A stretch of DNA of 64,000 nt, from assembly GCF_044704955.1 (NCBI RefSeq), contig NC_091986.1, positions 31,806,001 to 31,870,000 of the forward strand, written 5' to 3'. Below are positions 61,910 through 64,000 of the stretch, piece by piece. This DNA is from Pristiophorus japonicus. Taxonomy: Eukaryota. The stretch's first letter is position 1; each line of letters starts with the position of its first letter. The notes under the pieces are model-generated. The model was given only the letters and a program-made list of their open reading frames with translations. It was not told the origin of the DNA and searched no databases. The translations under genes and the position numbers were made by a program.

Positions 61910-62862
61910 TAACGTAAGAACATAAGAAATAGGAACAGGAGTAGGCCATTTGGCTCCTCGAGACTGTTCTGCCATTCAATACGATCATGGCTGATCTGAT
62001 CTTGGCCTTGACTCCACTTTCCTGCCCATTCCCCATAACCCTTGACTCCTCTATCGTTCAAAAATCAGTCTCGTGTCCACTTTAAATATATTCAATGACT
62101 CAGCCTCCACAGCTCTCTGGACTAGAATTCCAAGGATTCACAACCCTCTGAGAAGAAATTCCTCCTCATCTCCGTTTTAAATGGGCGGCCCCTTCTTCTG
62201 AGACTATGGCCCCTAGTTTTACATTTCCTCACGAGGGGGAACAGTCTCTCTACATCTACCTTCAAACCCCTCAGAATCTTATGTTTCAATAAGATAACCT
62301 CTCATTCTTCTAAACTCCAATGAGTATAGGCCCAACCTGCTCAACCTTTCTTCATAAGCTAACCCCTTCGTCACAGGAATCAAAGTTGTGAACCTTCTCT
62401 GAACTGCCTCCAATGCAAGTATATCCTTCCTTAAATAAACATAATAAGAACATAAGAAATAGGAACAGGAGTAGGCCATTTGGCCCCTCGAGCCTGCTCC
62501 GCCATTTAATAAGATCACGTCTGGTCTGGTCTGATCTGATCATGGACTCAGCTCCACATCCCTGCCTGCTCCCCATAACCTTTTATTCCCTTATCGCTTA
62601 AAAATCTGTCTATCTCCCCCTTAGATATATTCAATGACCCAGCCTCCACAGCTCTCTGGGGCAGAGAATTCCACAGATTTACAGCCCTCAGAGAAGAAAT
62701 TCCTCCTCAACTCAGTTTTAAATTGGTGACTCTTTATTCTGAGACTATGGCCCCTAGTTCTAGTTTCCCCTATGAGTGGAAATATCCTCACTGCATCCAC
62801 CTTGTGAACCTCCAATGCAAGTATATCCTTAAGTACGGAGCCCAAAACTGTACGCAGTACTC
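61910..62862 (-). mobile_element. Two tandem or nested CR1 3' fragments
   Basis: Two (CATAAGAA)n tails at about 61915 and 62445; RRFTTLIP...RRMRGYLIET. Confidence 0.88.
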
Positions 62863-62912
62863 TAGATCACTTCACTTGGTAGTCTGTTGTATCCAACATA
62901 GACGTTAATGTG

Positions 62913-64000
62913 CTAATCATCAATGGCATGTATCTTCAAGTGGCTGTATAGGCCAATTCTGGATGCACATAGTCTCTTGCACGTTGGACAAGGGAAGTTC
63001 GATGTGCCTGATGCTGACAGTACTGCCACCTGATGTCGTCTATCTCTAGTGTCCCACAGGTGTTGACATCGGCTTTCTTCGAAGGTCTGGCAGGCAGTCC
63101 TCGTGAGGGTTCGCCACTGGATTTTATTTGCTGCTGTATTCTCGAGGTCCTTTGGTCGGCTGCCACAGTACTGGAGGTTAGCCTTGATGCAATCTTTGTA
63201 GTGCTTGCGGGGGCGCCCCTGGTGTCTTCGACCTTCACAGAGCTCGCCATGGAGAAGCTGACGAGGGATCCTTGACTCATCCATGCGGATAACATATCCA
63301 GCCCACCGGAACTGGCTCGCATGATCATCACCTCGATGCTAGTTGATTGTGCTCTCTCCAGAACCTCAAAGTTTGACACCTGGTCTTGCCAGCGTATGTG
63401 GTGTATAGATCTGAGACTGCGCATGTGGAAAGCTTCCAACTTTTTGATGTGACGCCTATAGAGTGTCCAGGTCTCACATCCATAAAGGAGAGATGAGAGA
63501 ACGACTGCTCTATACACCAACAGTTTAGTTGACAGTCGGATGTGGTGGTGACTCAACACCTTAGTGCGCAAGCGACCAAGTGCCTGGCTGGCTTTGCAGA
63601 TCCTTGCATCAATCTCCTTGTCCAAGGACCCATCACTTGATATGGTGCTGCCAAGGTTCTTGAAGCTGTCCACTGACTTTAGTTGTATACTGCCGATGAA
63701 GACTGTGGGAGCAGGTGCTGTGGTGCCAGGGGCAGGCTGGTAGAGAACCTCAGTTTTACTAAGGCTGATGGTTAGGCCAAACAATTCTGTTGCCTCAGCA
63801 AATTTGCTGAGTATGAATTGTAGCTCACTTGCCTTGTGTGCCATAAAGGCGCAGTCGTCAGCAAAAAGCGCCTCTAGGATGAGTTGTTTCCGTAACTTTG
63901 GTCTTTGCAGCAAGACGGCGGAGGTCGAACAGTGAACCAGCTAATCGATATTTAAGGTAAACCCCAAACTCCAGTCTTTTATGGCATAGTTCAAGACACA
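62913..64000 (-). mobile_element. RTE-clade LINE, 3' part of the ORF (RT C-terminus + C2H2 finger), one frameshift; continues beyond the window
   Basis: ALFADDC, FGLTISLSKTEV, VYRAVVLSSLLYGCETW, RMDESRIPRQLLHGEL, CPTCKRLCASRIGLYSH. Confidence 0.92.

Overview
Repeat-saturated eukaryotic DNA, most likely intergenic or intronic DNA of a cartilaginous fish (inferred from the mix of CR1 LINEs, Deu-domain tRNA SINE, L2, RTE, Gypsy and Harbinger elements). I recognise no intact host gene, RNA gene or CRISPR array; nearly all ORFs in the track are decayed transposon frames or low-complexity artefacts. Main contents: (1) a degenerate full-length Gypsy LTR element (1359-5674), a gag+protease-only LTR element carrying an unexplained ORF extension (15776-19123), a truncated Gypsy element and two solo LTRs with perfect 5-bp TSDs; (2) two two-gene PIF/Harbinger elements (DDE transposase plus intron-containing Myb/SANT gene, convergent) and about ten non-autonomous TIR elements with related termini and 3-bp AT-only TSDs; (3) many CR1 fragments, several split by nested insertions; (4) a candidate, heavily decayed retrovirus-like gag/integrase relic at about 58.5-59.7 kb; (5) a 255-N assembly gap inside a MITE. 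Boundaries backed by TIR/LTR/TSD are read to the base; other boundaries are approximate. Family names come from motif recognition by eye, not from database searches.
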